In this document: positions 47,501-55,928 of the stretch, piece after piece | How positions within the stretch are numbered: position 1 is the first letter of the stretch | Layout: each line of letters starts with the position of its first letter | Origin: Capsulimonadaceae bacterium | GTDB lineage: Bacteria > Armatimonadota > Armatimonadia > Armatimonadales > Capsulimonadaceae | DNA length: 64,000 bases | NCBI GenBank assembly: GCA_965215505.1 | Contig: OZ244065.1 | Span: 5,184,001-5,248,000 of the forward strand | Direction: 5' to 3' | Translations under genes and position numbers: made by a program | Notes under the pieces: model-generated | What the model was told of the DNA's origin: nothing | What the model saw: only the letters and a program-made list of their open reading frames with translations | Databases searched by the model: none

Positions 47501-48587
47501 CTACGGGCGACTGTTTCTCCAGTTGACGAACCCTGTCACTCAACCGTAACGCCTCGTCAGCGTCGCCAACGAGTGATGCCGCCGCCGCCGCGTTCGTCAG
47601 AGCCATTAGATCATCAGGCTTATGTGCCAGCGCGCTGTTCAGTTCTAAAACTGCTGTATCCACATCGCCGAGTTCATAGGCACATGCGCCAAGTTGCGTG
47701 GCGATGCGGAACTGGATGTCGAGAGAGACAATCTGGTTTGCAGTTTCGCTTCTTAGCCCCAAGAGTATTTTTCGCGCTGCGCTCGCTTGACCTTCTTGTA
47801 AGAGGCTACGGGCAACGTCCAATTTGGCTGAGTAAGCAGTCTCCTCCACTGAGACAGCAGGTTGCCGAATTCCCGCCTCTGATAGCTGGCGACGAAGCAT
47901 ATCCTCAACAATACTAGTGATTTCCTGCGTTTGCTGCTGAGTAATCTCCTGTTGCGAAATGCGGATTGTCTCAGTTTGAACAGTTATTGCCTTGCTGGCT
48001 TCTTCCGCTAGTTGGCGTTGCTCCACACGCAACGCTAAAACATCCTCCTGAACCCGAGGCAGGAATTGAGTGCCGCCAAAGTTCTCCTCAAGTAGCTGTT
48101 CAACGGCGCGAACTTGATCTAGCTGGAACCTACCAACCTGCGCCAGTATGTCTCGAAAATCCAGAATATCCTTGTCTTTATCAAACTGGAAGTGGCCTTG
48201 AATTATGTCGCTGAAACCGTTTCCAGAGTACGACGCCTGCTTTTGCGTAAGAATATAAATGATGAGCCGATCGTACTTCTCGTACTGTTTGAACTTGACG
48301 AATTGTTCAAGCGTGTGCTTTATTTTCTCCGAATTTGCTGTGGAAGTGATTTGAATCGCCACACGCGCAATTTCATCCCCCAGATCGATTCCAGGATAGT
48401 TTGCTCCTTCTTCGGAGTTCAGGTTTTTCAGGTCCTTGTATCCGTAGACCTCACAGAAGAGTGGAATGAGCACCGTTTCAGCGACACGGTTGATGTCGGT
48501 CATAGTCATCGCTGTTAACCCTTTGACTTGGTCAACAAAAATAGACATAAGCTGATTGATTCGATGCAGTGAGTTGAGAAGATTCAT
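44583..48587 (-). CDS. SMEK-domain + TPR + GreA/B-C-like + PIN multidomain protein
   Basis: N-terminal DINRVAE...NLN...NYPGIDLGD...AIQITS...KIKHTL; many TPRs; EINPSHPYAAKLRGLRVGD; LALETSAL...PLYTDDLVLR. Start placed at MNLLNS. AT-rich relative to flanks. Confidence 0.75.
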   Translation of the reverse strand: MNLLNSLHRINQLMSIFVDQVKGLTAMTMTDINRVAETVLIPLFCEVYGYKDLKNLNSEEGANYPGIDLGDEIARVAIQITSTANSEKIKHTLEQFVKFKQYEKYDRLIIYILTQKQASYSGNGFSDIIQGHFQFDKDKDILDFRDILAQVGRFQLDQVRAVEQLLEENFGGTQFLPRVQEDVLALRVEQRQLAEEASKAITVQTETIRISQQEITQQQTQEITSIVEDMLRRQLSEAGIRQPAVSVEETAYSAKLDVARSLLQEGQASAARKILLGLRSETANQIVSLDIQFRIATQLGACAYELGDVDTAVLELNSALAHKPDDLMALTNAAAAASLVGDADEALRLSDRVRQLEKQSPVATSIYMGVLHLQSRLEEIEQIIADEPWITTDPMCLTNLGDFSFQDGDYEKAEQYLRDAISADDENPLAYLLLAQSILIPSQRSMHEDPPLPGKQEEQTSARRQEAAEALTAVITLTADRNNPNMRHIALANRAGVLAALGQLDEAEQDCDKVLAENKHQDTALRNKGQILLRRGDKERAIQFFEQIQGEDEKTGAALPLATAHNSLGQFAKVIEVLTPLWETPSHERDKIYIANMLMNAYSRLGDADKTAQIEAELLQGWPNDPDTLSVLSSRRVAEGKQDEAVALLEQGLAVAQGHVRDWIAYQLAQLYYKLGNFAKAAETYKSIVDTTKDSIELREYVYSLYRTGQSQEALEIARLLRADGTPIPMISEIEAVILEEVSDWNGAATILSQLQEIEPKNLSLSVRLVLIESRRGDKEAARAAAQRVPYEAIKDDPELLMRMAFARNRLDMPEVLRFAYRARRIAHDDANVHTGYMQLFPELNANETGAISVGPAEVGVDSSVRLTRNGKTLAFTLLDEAVVHEANGEINPSHPYAAKLRGLRVGDEVNLQDGPFGAIKYSVSEILSKYVFAFQESMKRFETGQFHDPSIFVGDITDPEFMPNFKTNLDQLRERGESIRAAYEENKIPLCVMADWLKRSEFEVWSTLISSRGGRVNAATSDPQEWGNQRAILATTDTLALETSALFTIQYLELEAPVSQAFSRLLVAQSTLDALNRYLDETLDARPHHSIWSEGDHYVHQEVSADQVAKQREFVKNVVAYIRNSTHILPALDLITINQEIVKGLGVSAAGAIALAYGQKVPLYTDDLVLRVIAHKDQQVPGVWTQAILENLRNRDILSIDQYNAAVEKLVIGNYFIVRVDAALFQWILKRDALKTTPQITRVFETLVSPYTDDSDAILIAAQVVKWLWIQPSLPQTKLFVLNTMLMSLVVGRDRLTTLVRMKREVVKIMSLLPLQRQEICTSIDAWAASRLL

Positions 48588-48625
48588 GTCAGGTGAAAAC
48601 TGGTCGCTTTTCAAAGAGGGTCTTA

Positions 48626-50416
48626 CTATCCTTGCGTCGTCGGCAAGCCGAAGGAGTGGAGCCATTCTTGCAGCTTGGCGACGCGGGCCGTCTGCTCGCT
48701 CGGCACGGCGATGGGGCGGCCCCGCGCGTCTATGACCAGGCCGACGACGCCGCCCTCGACGGTGATGGTGCGGGACTTGCCCTTGCCCGCGCCCACGTCA
48801 AAGCCCTTGGCCGGTGTGATGGTCGCCTCGTCGGTCTCCTCGGCGCCCATCGGCAGGACGCGGACCTGGCCGAAGGGGACGACCTCGGTCTTGCCGTTCT
48901 TAAAGGAAACCGTCACGCACGCCTCGCCGTCTTTGGCCGTCCCGATGGGGGCGATGGCGTGGCCCAATTTGATCAGGCAGTCGCGCTCGAAGACCTGCGT
49001 GGCGGCTTCGGGGAGGATGGTGGAGAGGACGCCGAGCTGGGGCATCATGAAGATCGAGTCCACGGCCAGCATGGTGACGCCTTCGGGCGCGTAGGCGTCC
49101 AGCATCATCAGGGCGGACTGAGCGCGGTGCGGGGCGTGGGACAGGACGCCGCCCGACCCGACGATCATGTCCAGTTTCAGCATGTCCACGGTCGTCTTGC
49201 CGGTCGCCTTGTCCAGTTCCATGCCTGCCTCGGTCTGGCCGCCCTTTAGGCCCCGTGCCAGCGACTTGTGGTGGTCGAAGGCCAGCCGCAAAGCCTCGCG
49301 GGCGACGGCCTGCTCGATCTGCAAGTCTTTCAAGGTCTGCGGGATGGTCGTCGGGCGGATCATCTTGTTCCGCAACTGGTTGCGGAGGTAGGCGTCGTCC
49401 GCCTCGAACGGTATCCAGCGGGCGATGGCGGGCAGGCCCGCCTCCGTCAGCACGTTGCAGATGGAGTAAGACATGCCCAGGTTCGCGGACACGGTGCGGA
49501 CGAAGTTGCCGTTGAAGACCGAGAAGACGTCCGTGGTCGCCCCGCCGATGTCCACGCCCAGCACGTTGATGTTACGCTCCCGCGCGATAGTTTCCATGAT
49601 CTTGCCGACGGCGTTGGGCGTGGACATGATGCCGGACGAGGTCCAGGTCATCAGCTTGGCGTAGCCGGGTGCCTGCTGCATGACGTGTTCCAGGAACAAT
49701 TCGTGAATCGCCTCGCGGGCCGGGCCGAGGTTCTCGCGATCCAGGGTGGGCCGCAGGTTCGGCACCTCGCGCAGGTCCACGACGCCGCCGACGATGTCCT
49801 CCACGGCGTGGTGCGCCTCGACATTGCCCGCGTAGATGACCGGCAGTTTCAAGCCCAATCCCAGGCGCGGCTTGGGGTCGGCGGAGCGAAGCATCTCGGC
49901 CATCTCGGTCAGGTGTGTCACCGTCCCGCCGTCCGTCCCGCCCGACATCAGGATCATGTCCGGCCGCAGTGCGCGGATGCGCTCGACCTTCTGGTACTCC
50001 TTGCGCCCGTCATCCACGGCGATGACGTCCATGATGATTGCGCCCGCCCCTAAGGCCGCCCGCTGGGCCGACTCGGCGCTCATGGCCTTGACCACGCCCG
50101 CGACCGTCATCTGCAAGCCCCCGCCCGCCGAGGACGTGCTGAGGTACAGGTCCACCCCGCTGCCGTCGGCCCGCTTGGGCGTGATGACCTTGCCGTCTTC
50201 GTCCAGGATGGTATAGCCGGAAAGCTCCTGTATCTCGCGGGCCGCGTTGGAGACGCCCACGGTCACGTCGTCGAACGGCGCTTCCACAGTGGTCGGGGCC
50301 TCGCCGCGCGTCGTCTGGCGGTACACGTCGCCCTGCTTTTCGATGAGAATGGCCTTGGTCGTCGTGCTGCCGCAGTCGGTGGCGAGGATGGTTTGGATGT
50401 TGCTGTTATCTGGCAT
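48626..50416 (-). CDS. glmL: Glutamate mutase L (GlmL/MutL-type accessory ATPase, ASKHA fold)
   Basis: TDCGSTTTKA, SSAGGGLQM, SGGTDGG, VDIGGATTDVFS, VGSGGVL, DARGRP. Confidence 0.8.
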   Translation of the reverse strand: MPDNSNIQTILATDCGSTTTKAILIEKQGDVYRQTTRGEAPTTVEAPFDDVTVGVSNAAREIQELSGYTILDEDGKVITPKRADGSGVDLYLSTSSAGGGLQMTVAGVVKAMSAESAQRAALGAGAIIMDVIAVDDGRKEYQKVERIRALRPDMILMSGGTDGGTVTHLTEMAEMLRSADPKPRLGLGLKLPVIYAGNVEAHHAVEDIVGGVVDLREVPNLRPTLDRENLGPAREAIHELFLEHVMQQAPGYAKLMTWTSSGIMSTPNAVGKIMETIARERNINVLGVDIGGATTDVFSVFNGNFVRTVSANLGMSYSICNVLTEAGLPAIARWIPFEADDAYLRNQLRNKMIRPTTIPQTLKDLQIEQAVAREALRLAFDHHKSLARGLKGGQTEAGMELDKATGKTTVDMLKLDMIVGSGGVLSHAPHRAQSALMMLDAYAPEGVTMLAVDSIFMMPQLGVLSTILPEAATQVFERDCLIKLGHAIAPIGTAKDGEACVTVSFKNGKTEVVPFGQVRVLPMGAEETDEATITPAKGFDVGAGKGKSRTITVEGGVVGLVIDARGRPIAVPSEQTARVAKLQEWLHSFGLPTTQG

Positions 50417-50441
50417 CAGTCGGGGTTCCTATCGTTCCAGG

Positions 50442-50948
50442 TCAAACAAGGCGCGTGATTTCGGGGCGGGGTGCCCGGAGGTAGACATGAGGCAAAATGG
50501 CCGTCAGCGGCATGGCGCGGATGCCGCGTTCCGTGTTCAACACCACCTGTATTTCAGGGCAGTAATCCATCAAGATTTGCCGGCACCGTCCGCATGGCGC
50601 AATCACGCCGCGTTCCCTATCGGCCACGGCGACAATCGCCAGCGGCTTCGTGCCGCCGCCGTCAGACACCATCCGAGCCAGTGCCACGATCTCCGCACAG
50701 GGCCCACCAGTGAAGTGGTACAAGTTCATGCCGCTGTAGATCAAACCGTCCTCTGCATAGAGAGACGCCGCGACCGTGTGATTGTCCCCGTCACCACTCC
50801 GCGCCAGCGTCTCCGACGCCGAACGAACCATTTTCTCGATGATATGCTGGTCAGGAAAGGCCCCCGCGCCGCGCGGAGAGGTCATGCTGCTGCCGTCGGT
50901 TTCTGGATCAGTATGAACGTGGGTGTCCTGGCTGGTGTCATCTGCCAA
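50442..50948 (-). CDS. Cytidine deaminase family protein (blasticidin-S-deaminase-like CAE motif); start uncertain
   Basis: HTVAAS, GMNLYHFTGGPCAEIVAL, APCGRCRQ. Confidence 0.8.
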   Translation of the reverse strand: MADDTSQDTHVHTDPETDGSSMTSPRGAGAFPDQHIIEKMVRSASETLARSGDGDNHTVAASLYAEDGLIYSGMNLYHFTGGPCAEIVALARMVSDGGGTKPLAIVAVADRERGVIAPCGRCRQILMDYCPEIQVVLNTERGIRAMPLTAILPHVYLRAPRPEITRLV

Positions 50949-51056
50949 GGAGGTGTCGCTCCGGGTTCTGGGAAGTTGGATTTATTGTAGCATATCCCGC
51001 CCATCTTGGGTATAGGAAAATCGGAACCCTGGCGATTAGACTGGTGTTACACGATT

Positions 51057-53336
51057 ATGCCTATCCTAGAGACTCCCCCCGACTCAGTGCAAGAAGTCCT
51101 GCGCGCCCCCCGGCGCGACGACAACGCGCAGGCTTATACGCCGGAGCCACGCCTCTCCCTCCCTGCCGACATCCTGCCTGATGGGCGGTATGGGGAGAGG
51201 TGGCTGGTCGTGGACCAGACGCATCTGCGCGTGCTGACGACGCAGAAGAGCGGCCCGGCCCTGGTGGACTTGGACACGCCCCTGAGCGAGCTGAAGGAGG
51301 CGCGCGCCGAAACCCTCGTCGGCAGCGGCGTCCTGCGGCTCGTCCGCCGGGACGGGCAGGTCGTGGAGGCCGTCCGCTACAGCCTCGCCGCCGCGCCCGC
51401 CTTTGGGACGGCGGCGCGCATCCTGGAATCCTGGCTGAAGGAAGAAGAGCCGTCCGATTCGCTGTACGCCGAGTTTGAAAAGCAGAAGAAGAACTGCGGC
51501 AAGTGCGGCGACCCGCTGCCGGAAGACACCAACGTCTGCCCCAAGTGCGTGGACCGCAAGGCCGTCCTGATGCGGCTGCTCTCCTACGCGCTGCCCTACA
51601 AGGCCCGCGTTTTCCTCGTCACGTTCCTCATGCTGGCCGGCACCGCCATCAGCCTGCTGCCGCCGATCCTCAACAAGCGCCTCGTGGACGATGTACTGAT
51701 TCCCCATCGCCACCTGTCCTGGATTGGCCTGATCGTGCTGTCCCTGATCGGGGCAAACGTGCTGGGCATCGCGGTCAGCGTGTGGCGCGGGCGGATCGTC
51801 GTCTGGATGTCAAACCACATGGTCCATACGATCCGGGTACAGGCCTATGACCGGCTCCAGTCCTTGTCGCTGGGCTACTACGACAAGCGGCAGACCGGCT
51901 CGCTGATGTCGCGCGTGACCCAGGACGTGGGCGAGCTTCAGGACTTTCTGGTCCAGGGCATCACATTCTTCCTGGTCAACACGCTTATCATCGTCGGCAT
52001 CCTGGTCGCCCTGCTGGTCTACGATTGGAAATTAACCCTGCTCGTGCTGATCCCCGTGCCGCTGACCGTCATCGCCACGCGGATGATCTGGCGGCTCCTG
52101 CGGACGCGCTGGCAGCGGCTCTGGCACCTGCGCGGCAACCTCTCGGCCAGCATCAACGCCGCCATCTCGGGCGTCCGGGTCGTCAAGGCGTTCGCCCAGG
52201 AGTCCCGCGAGGCGACGCGGTTCCGCGCCAAGTCGCGCGCCCTATTTGAAGCGAATGTCGTGGTGCAGCAGGCCTGGAACACCTACTTCCCGGTTCTGTC
52301 GTTCCTGACCACCATCGGCGTCTTCATCATCTGGTTCTACGGTGGCCGGGAGGTCTTCGCCAACACGACCAACTCGACGCACGCCATGACATTGGGAACG
52401 CTGACTCTGTTCATCTCCTACATCGGGATGCTGATGGGGCCGTTGCAGCAGATGACCCAGATCGCCGACTGGCTTTCGCGCTCCACCGCGAGTGCCGAGC
52501 GCGTCTTTGAGGTCATCGACGCCGAGCCGGAGATCGCCGACAAGGGGGACGCGGTCGCCCTGCCCCGCATCGAGGGCCACGTCGAGATGAAGTCGGTCCG
52601 GTTCTCCTACGACAAGAACCAGAGTACGCTGGAAGACGTTTCCATAGACGTCCAGCCGGGCGAGATGATCGGGCTGGTCGGCCACTCGGGCGCGGGCAAA
52701 AGCACCATCATCAACCTGCTCTCGCGGTTCTATGACGTGAAAGACGGCCAGATATTGATAGACGGCGTGGACATCCGCCGCATCAAGATGGACGACCTGC
52801 GCCGCCAGATCGGCGTCGTCTTGCAGGAGCCGTTCCTGTTCCCCGGCACCATCAGCGACAACATCGCCTATGCCAAGCCGGACGCCTCGCCCGAGGAGAT
52901 CATGCAGGCCGCCAAGGCGGCCAACGCCCACGACTTCGTGATGCGCTTTCCCGATGGCTACGACACCTATGTCGGCGAGCGCGGTGCGCGGCTCTCGGGC
53001 GGCGAGCGGCAGCGGTTGTCCATCGCCCGCGCCATTCTGCACAACCCGCGCATCCTGATTCTGGACGAGGCGACTGCCTCGGTGGACACCGAGACGGAGA
53101 AGCAGATTCAGGAAGCCATGTCCCGCCTGATCGAAGGCCGGACGACCTTCGCCATCGCGCACCGCCTGTCTACCCTGCGGAACGCCAGCCGTCTAATGGT
53201 GATGGAGAAGGGCAAGCTGGTGGAAATGGGAACACACGACGAGCTGATGGAGAAGCCGGAAGGCGTCTTCCGCCGCCTGGTCAACATGCAGCAGGACGTA
53301 AACAAGCTCCGAGAGAACATGATGGGAGGGCAGTGA
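51057..53336 (+). CDS. ABC exporter (TMD+NBD) with N-terminal extension and zinc ribbon
   Basis: CGKC...CPKC, TM domain, GHSGAGKS, LSGGERQR, ILDEAT, IAHRLST. Confidence 0.9.
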   Translation: MPILETPPDSVQEVLRAPRRDDNAQAYTPEPRLSLPADILPDGRYGERWLVVDQTHLRVLTTQKSGPALVDLDTPLSELKEARAETLVGSGVLRLVRRDGQVVEAVRYSLAAAPAFGTAARILESWLKEEEPSDSLYAEFEKQKKNCGKCGDPLPEDTNVCPKCVDRKAVLMRLLSYALPYKARVFLVTFLMLAGTAISLLPPILNKRLVDDVLIPHRHLSWIGLIVLSLIGANVLGIAVSVWRGRIVVWMSNHMVHTIRVQAYDRLQSLSLGYYDKRQTGSLMSRVTQDVGELQDFLVQGITFFLVNTLIIVGILVALLVYDWKLTLLVLIPVPLTVIATRMIWRLLRTRWQRLWHLRGNLSASINAAISGVRVVKAFAQESREATRFRAKSRALFEANVVVQQAWNTYFPVLSFLTTIGVFIIWFYGGREVFANTTNSTHAMTLGTLTLFISYIGMLMGPLQQMTQIADWLSRSTASAERVFEVIDAEPEIADKGDAVALPRIEGHVEMKSVRFSYDKNQSTLEDVSIDVQPGEMIGLVGHSGAGKSTIINLLSRFYDVKDGQILIDGVDIRRIKMDDLRRQIGVVLQEPFLFPGTISDNIAYAKPDASPEEIMQAAKAANAHDFVMRFPDGYDTYVGERGARLSGGERQRLSIARAILHNPRILILDEATASVDTETEKQIQEAMSRLIEGRTTFAIAHRLSTLRNASRLMVMEKGKLVEMGTHDELMEKPEGVFRRLVNMQQDVNKLRENMMGGQ

Positions 53337-53339
53337 CAC

Positions 53340-53885
53340 ATGGCCGTCTATGAGGCACCTACTCAAATCGCCGATGAGGAAATCAACCCCTTCGCCATCC
53401 GCTTCCTGGAAGTCAACACCGTGCGGCTGTTCCGGACGCACCCCGAGGACTCGACAGTCCGCCTGACCATCGAGGGCGACCGGTCCTGGCGCGAGGTGCG
53501 AATAGCCCGCGCCTTCCCGTTCTCGAACCCGGACCGCTACATCGGCCTGCGGGACGGCGACGATAAAGACATCGGCATCCTGACGACTCTGAACGGGCTG
53601 GACGAGCGTTCGCGCACCATTATCAATGAAGAACTGGAACGCCGCTACTTTACGCCCCGCATCGAGCGTGTCCTGAAGGTGGACGAAGAGTTCGGGGTCG
53701 TGACCTGGGAGGTGGAGACGGACCGCGGCCCACGCCGCTTCCTGGTCCGCAACCTGCGCGACAGCACCTTCCCGCTGGGCGCAAACCGCCTGATGATGAC
53801 CGACACCGACGGCAACCGCTACGAGTTCCCCGACGTCAGCGCGGTCGGGGCGAAAGCCATGACGGTGCTGTCCAAGGTGCTGTGA
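53340..53885 (+). CDS. DUF1854 domain protein
   Basis: RAFPFSNPDRYIGL, ELERRYFTP.I, WEVETDRG, DTDGNRY. Confidence 0.85.
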   Translation: MAVYEAPTQIADEEINPFAIRFLEVNTVRLFRTHPEDSTVRLTIEGDRSWREVRIARAFPFSNPDRYIGLRDGDDKDIGILTTLNGLDERSRTIINEELERRYFTPRIERVLKVDEEFGVVTWEVETDRGPRRFLVRNLRDSTFPLGANRLMMTDTDGNRYEFPDVSAVGAKAMTVLSKVL

Positions 53886-53891
53886 CATGAC

Positions 53892-53928
53892 AAAAGAAGG
53901 CCCGGCGTCTGAGACGCCGGGCCTTTTC
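53892..53928. terminator. Bidirectional terminator
   Basis: aaaagaaggcccggcgtc-tga-gacgccgggccttttc. Confidence 0.8.
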
Positions 53929-53949
53929 TCGTTTGTGTCGTCCGCGGCT

Positions 53950-54108
53950 CTACACCGAGCGGCGGCCGGTCAAGAACTGGTACAGGAACACGATCACGGC
54001 GATGACGAGTAGGGCGTGGATGATCGGGCTGGCGACGTGGGCGAACAAAAATCCGATGATCCACATGACCACCAACACGGCCCCGATGATGTATAACAGG
54101 TTTCCCAT
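53950..54108 (-). CDS. lmo0937-family small membrane protein (not in ORF track)
   Basis: MGNLLYIIGAVLVVMWIIGFLFAHVASPIIHALLVIAVIVFLYQFLTGRRSV; aaggag RBS. Confidence 0.85.
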   Translation of the reverse strand: MGNLLYIIGAVLVVMWIIGFLFAHVASPIIHALLVIAVIVFLYQFLTGRRSV

Positions 54109-54149
54109 TGCGCTGTTTCTCCTTAGCTTAGTAGCATCATCATTCCCAA

Positions 54150-54872
54150 TTATTGTTGAACTAAACCATCCAAGTCTGCCGTTCCTTGTAACACTAAGCG
54201 GCCATGTTCCACCCCTGACCTGGTAATTGTAAGTGGAGCCTTCAATCCCGAGAGGCTGATGACCGGGTTCAGTGCCTCCACCGCCAGGTTCACCAGGCCC
54301 ACCGGCAGGGGAACGACGCCGACCTGGGCACCTTGCGTGACGAAATCCAGGCGACTCGGATCGTCGGCGTTGGGGGTGAAAGTGCCCGCGAGTGCCGCCG
54401 TCGTGTGCAGGCCGAGGAACGTCACCGGGACCCGCGCCTCGACGGTGTTCTCCCGCAGGGTCACGACGAGGCCCGGCAGGAGCGGTTTGGATTGTGCCAG
54501 ATAAGCCGTCAGATGCTCCTGGTCCATCGTCGCCGAGAACCGCGTCACGCCCACATGGGACAGCCGCCGCGTCTTCCTGTCGAACGACACGTCCTCAGCA
54601 TCCGCGTTCAATGTGTCCAGCGTAAGGCGCGGCGAAACCTGCACGTCAAGGCCCTGGAGGTGGACGCCACGCGCCCGCCCACGGGCGAGTGCGAAAGGGT
54701 CCCCGTCCACCTGCACGTCGTAATGGGCGGCCGGACCCAGGACCGAGGGCAGGGCGTCGGCGATCTTGTGGGCCGCCGTCTCCTGGACCGGGTGGCCGCA
54801 GCCCCAGAGGGCCGCGCCGGCGGCCAGGACGGCGAGCCGGCTAAACGTGTGCGGCAGGTGCTTTGGGATCAT
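54150..54872 (-). CDS. DUF2993/LmeA-like lipoprotein
   Basis: Lipobox-like LWGC; LARGR...; elongated beta-rich pattern ending GRLVLQG. Confidence 0.65.
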   Translation of the reverse strand: MIPKHLPHTFSRLAVLAAGAALWGCGHPVQETAAHKIADALPSVLGPAAHYDVQVDGDPFALARGRARGVHLQGLDVQVSPRLTLDTLNADAEDVSFDRKTRRLSHVGVTRFSATMDQEHLTAYLAQSKPLLPGLVVTLRENTVEARVPVTFLGLHTTAALAGTFTPNADDPSRLDFVTQGAQVGVVPLPVGLVNLAVEALNPVISLSGLKAPLTITRSGVEHGRLVLQGTADLDGLVQQ

Positions 54873-55347
54873 AGGTGCTTAAAACGATGACGCTGTCCGC
54901 GCCGATGGTCTGCACTTCGGAAATGGCGAGCTGCGGCTTGCCGTGCAGGGCGTTGTCCAATAGGCCCGTCGCCAGCAGCAAATAGGGGACGGTCAGGGCG
55001 TCCGTATCCACGGCGACATCGGCGACTCTGCCCAGGACGGTCCCCGCCTGGTTCAAGACCGGGCGGCCGTCGAGCGGCTTGGAGGCGAACTCTCCGGCCC
55101 CCAGGGGGGCGGCTTCGACCAGAGCCTCTTCACCGGTGATCGTCAGTGCATCCGCGCCCAGCCCCTTCACCTGCCCGGCAGGCAGGAACCTGGCTTTAGA
55201 AAACATGCCGCCCCGGTCTATGAGGAAGCCGGACACCGCCCCGGTCGCCGCCAGGAAGACGACATCGGCGATGCGGCCCAGCCGCTCCCCGCCGGTCAAT
55301 GTCACCACCGCAAGCCCCGCGAGTTCCCGCCCCGTTTTCACTGCCAT
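54841..55347 (-). CDS. Tandem PRC-barrel protein
   Basis: LAGLAVV...GERLGRIADV and LDGRPVLN..G.VLGRVADV. Confidence 0.85.
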   Translation of the reverse strand: MAVKTGRELAGLAVVTLTGGERLGRIADVVFLAATGAVSGFLIDRGGMFSKARFLPAGQVKGLGADALTITGEEALVEAAPLGAGEFASKPLDGRPVLNQAGTVLGRVADVAVDTDALTVPYLLLATGLLDNALHGKPQLAISEVQTIGADSVIVLSTYDPKAPAAHV

Positions 55348-55376
55348 CGGCGTCTGTTCCTTCTTGTCCCTGCCCC

Positions 55377-55402
55377 GTAGGGGCGAACCTTGTGTTCGCC
55401 CT
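55377..55402 (+). repeat. REP-like palindrome family B, copy 2
   Basis: GTAG-gggcgaac-cttgt-gttcgccct. Confidence 0.7.
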
Positions 55403-55453
55403 TCTGCTCTCCGCCCTTCCGCTCCTGCACTTAATGCCGGGAGATGTGGCGCG

Positions 55454-55924
55454 TCAATCCTTATCGCCCGCAAAGATGTCCGCGATCTCGCCTGCCGTGG
55501 TCAGCCGCGCCAGCCGGATCTCGTACAACTCCAGGCCGACCGCCCCGGCCACCAAAATCAGGCCGATCAGCAGCGTCCCGACCCCGATGGGGCCGATGCG
55601 GGCGGCACGGGAAGACAGCAGGACAACGACCACGGTGACGATAAACGCCAATAGGGCCAGCGACAGCAGCGTACTCGCCCCCCACAACGCATTGATTCGC
55701 TGATGAAACAGGGGGATCTGCCGCCGCAGGCTCGCCCGCCTCTCCGCCTTTGTCCCTTCGGCGCGGTACTCCGCCGTCAGCCTTCGCATCTGGTCGGCGA
55801 CGCCGCTGTACTTGGAGGTGTACCCGGACAGCAGGATCGCCGTCGTCGTGATGAGCGCGGCGGGTCCGACCGCGCTCCCGATGGCGCTGATGACCGTGGG
55901 TGCCTGTGCGAGCGTCTGTGGCAT
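55454..55924 (-). CDS. DUF2721-like membrane protein
   Basis: AVGPAALITTTAILL...RRL, three TM segments, LYEIRLA. Confidence 0.7.
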   Translation of the reverse strand: MPQTLAQAPTVISAIGSAVGPAALITTTAILLSGYTSKYSGVADQMRRLTAEYRAEGTKAERRASLRRQIPLFHQRINALWGASTLLSLALLAFIVTVVVVLLSSRAARIGPIGVGTLLIGLILVAGAVGLELYEIRLARLTTAGEIADIFAGDKD

Positions 55925-55928
55925 CCGT

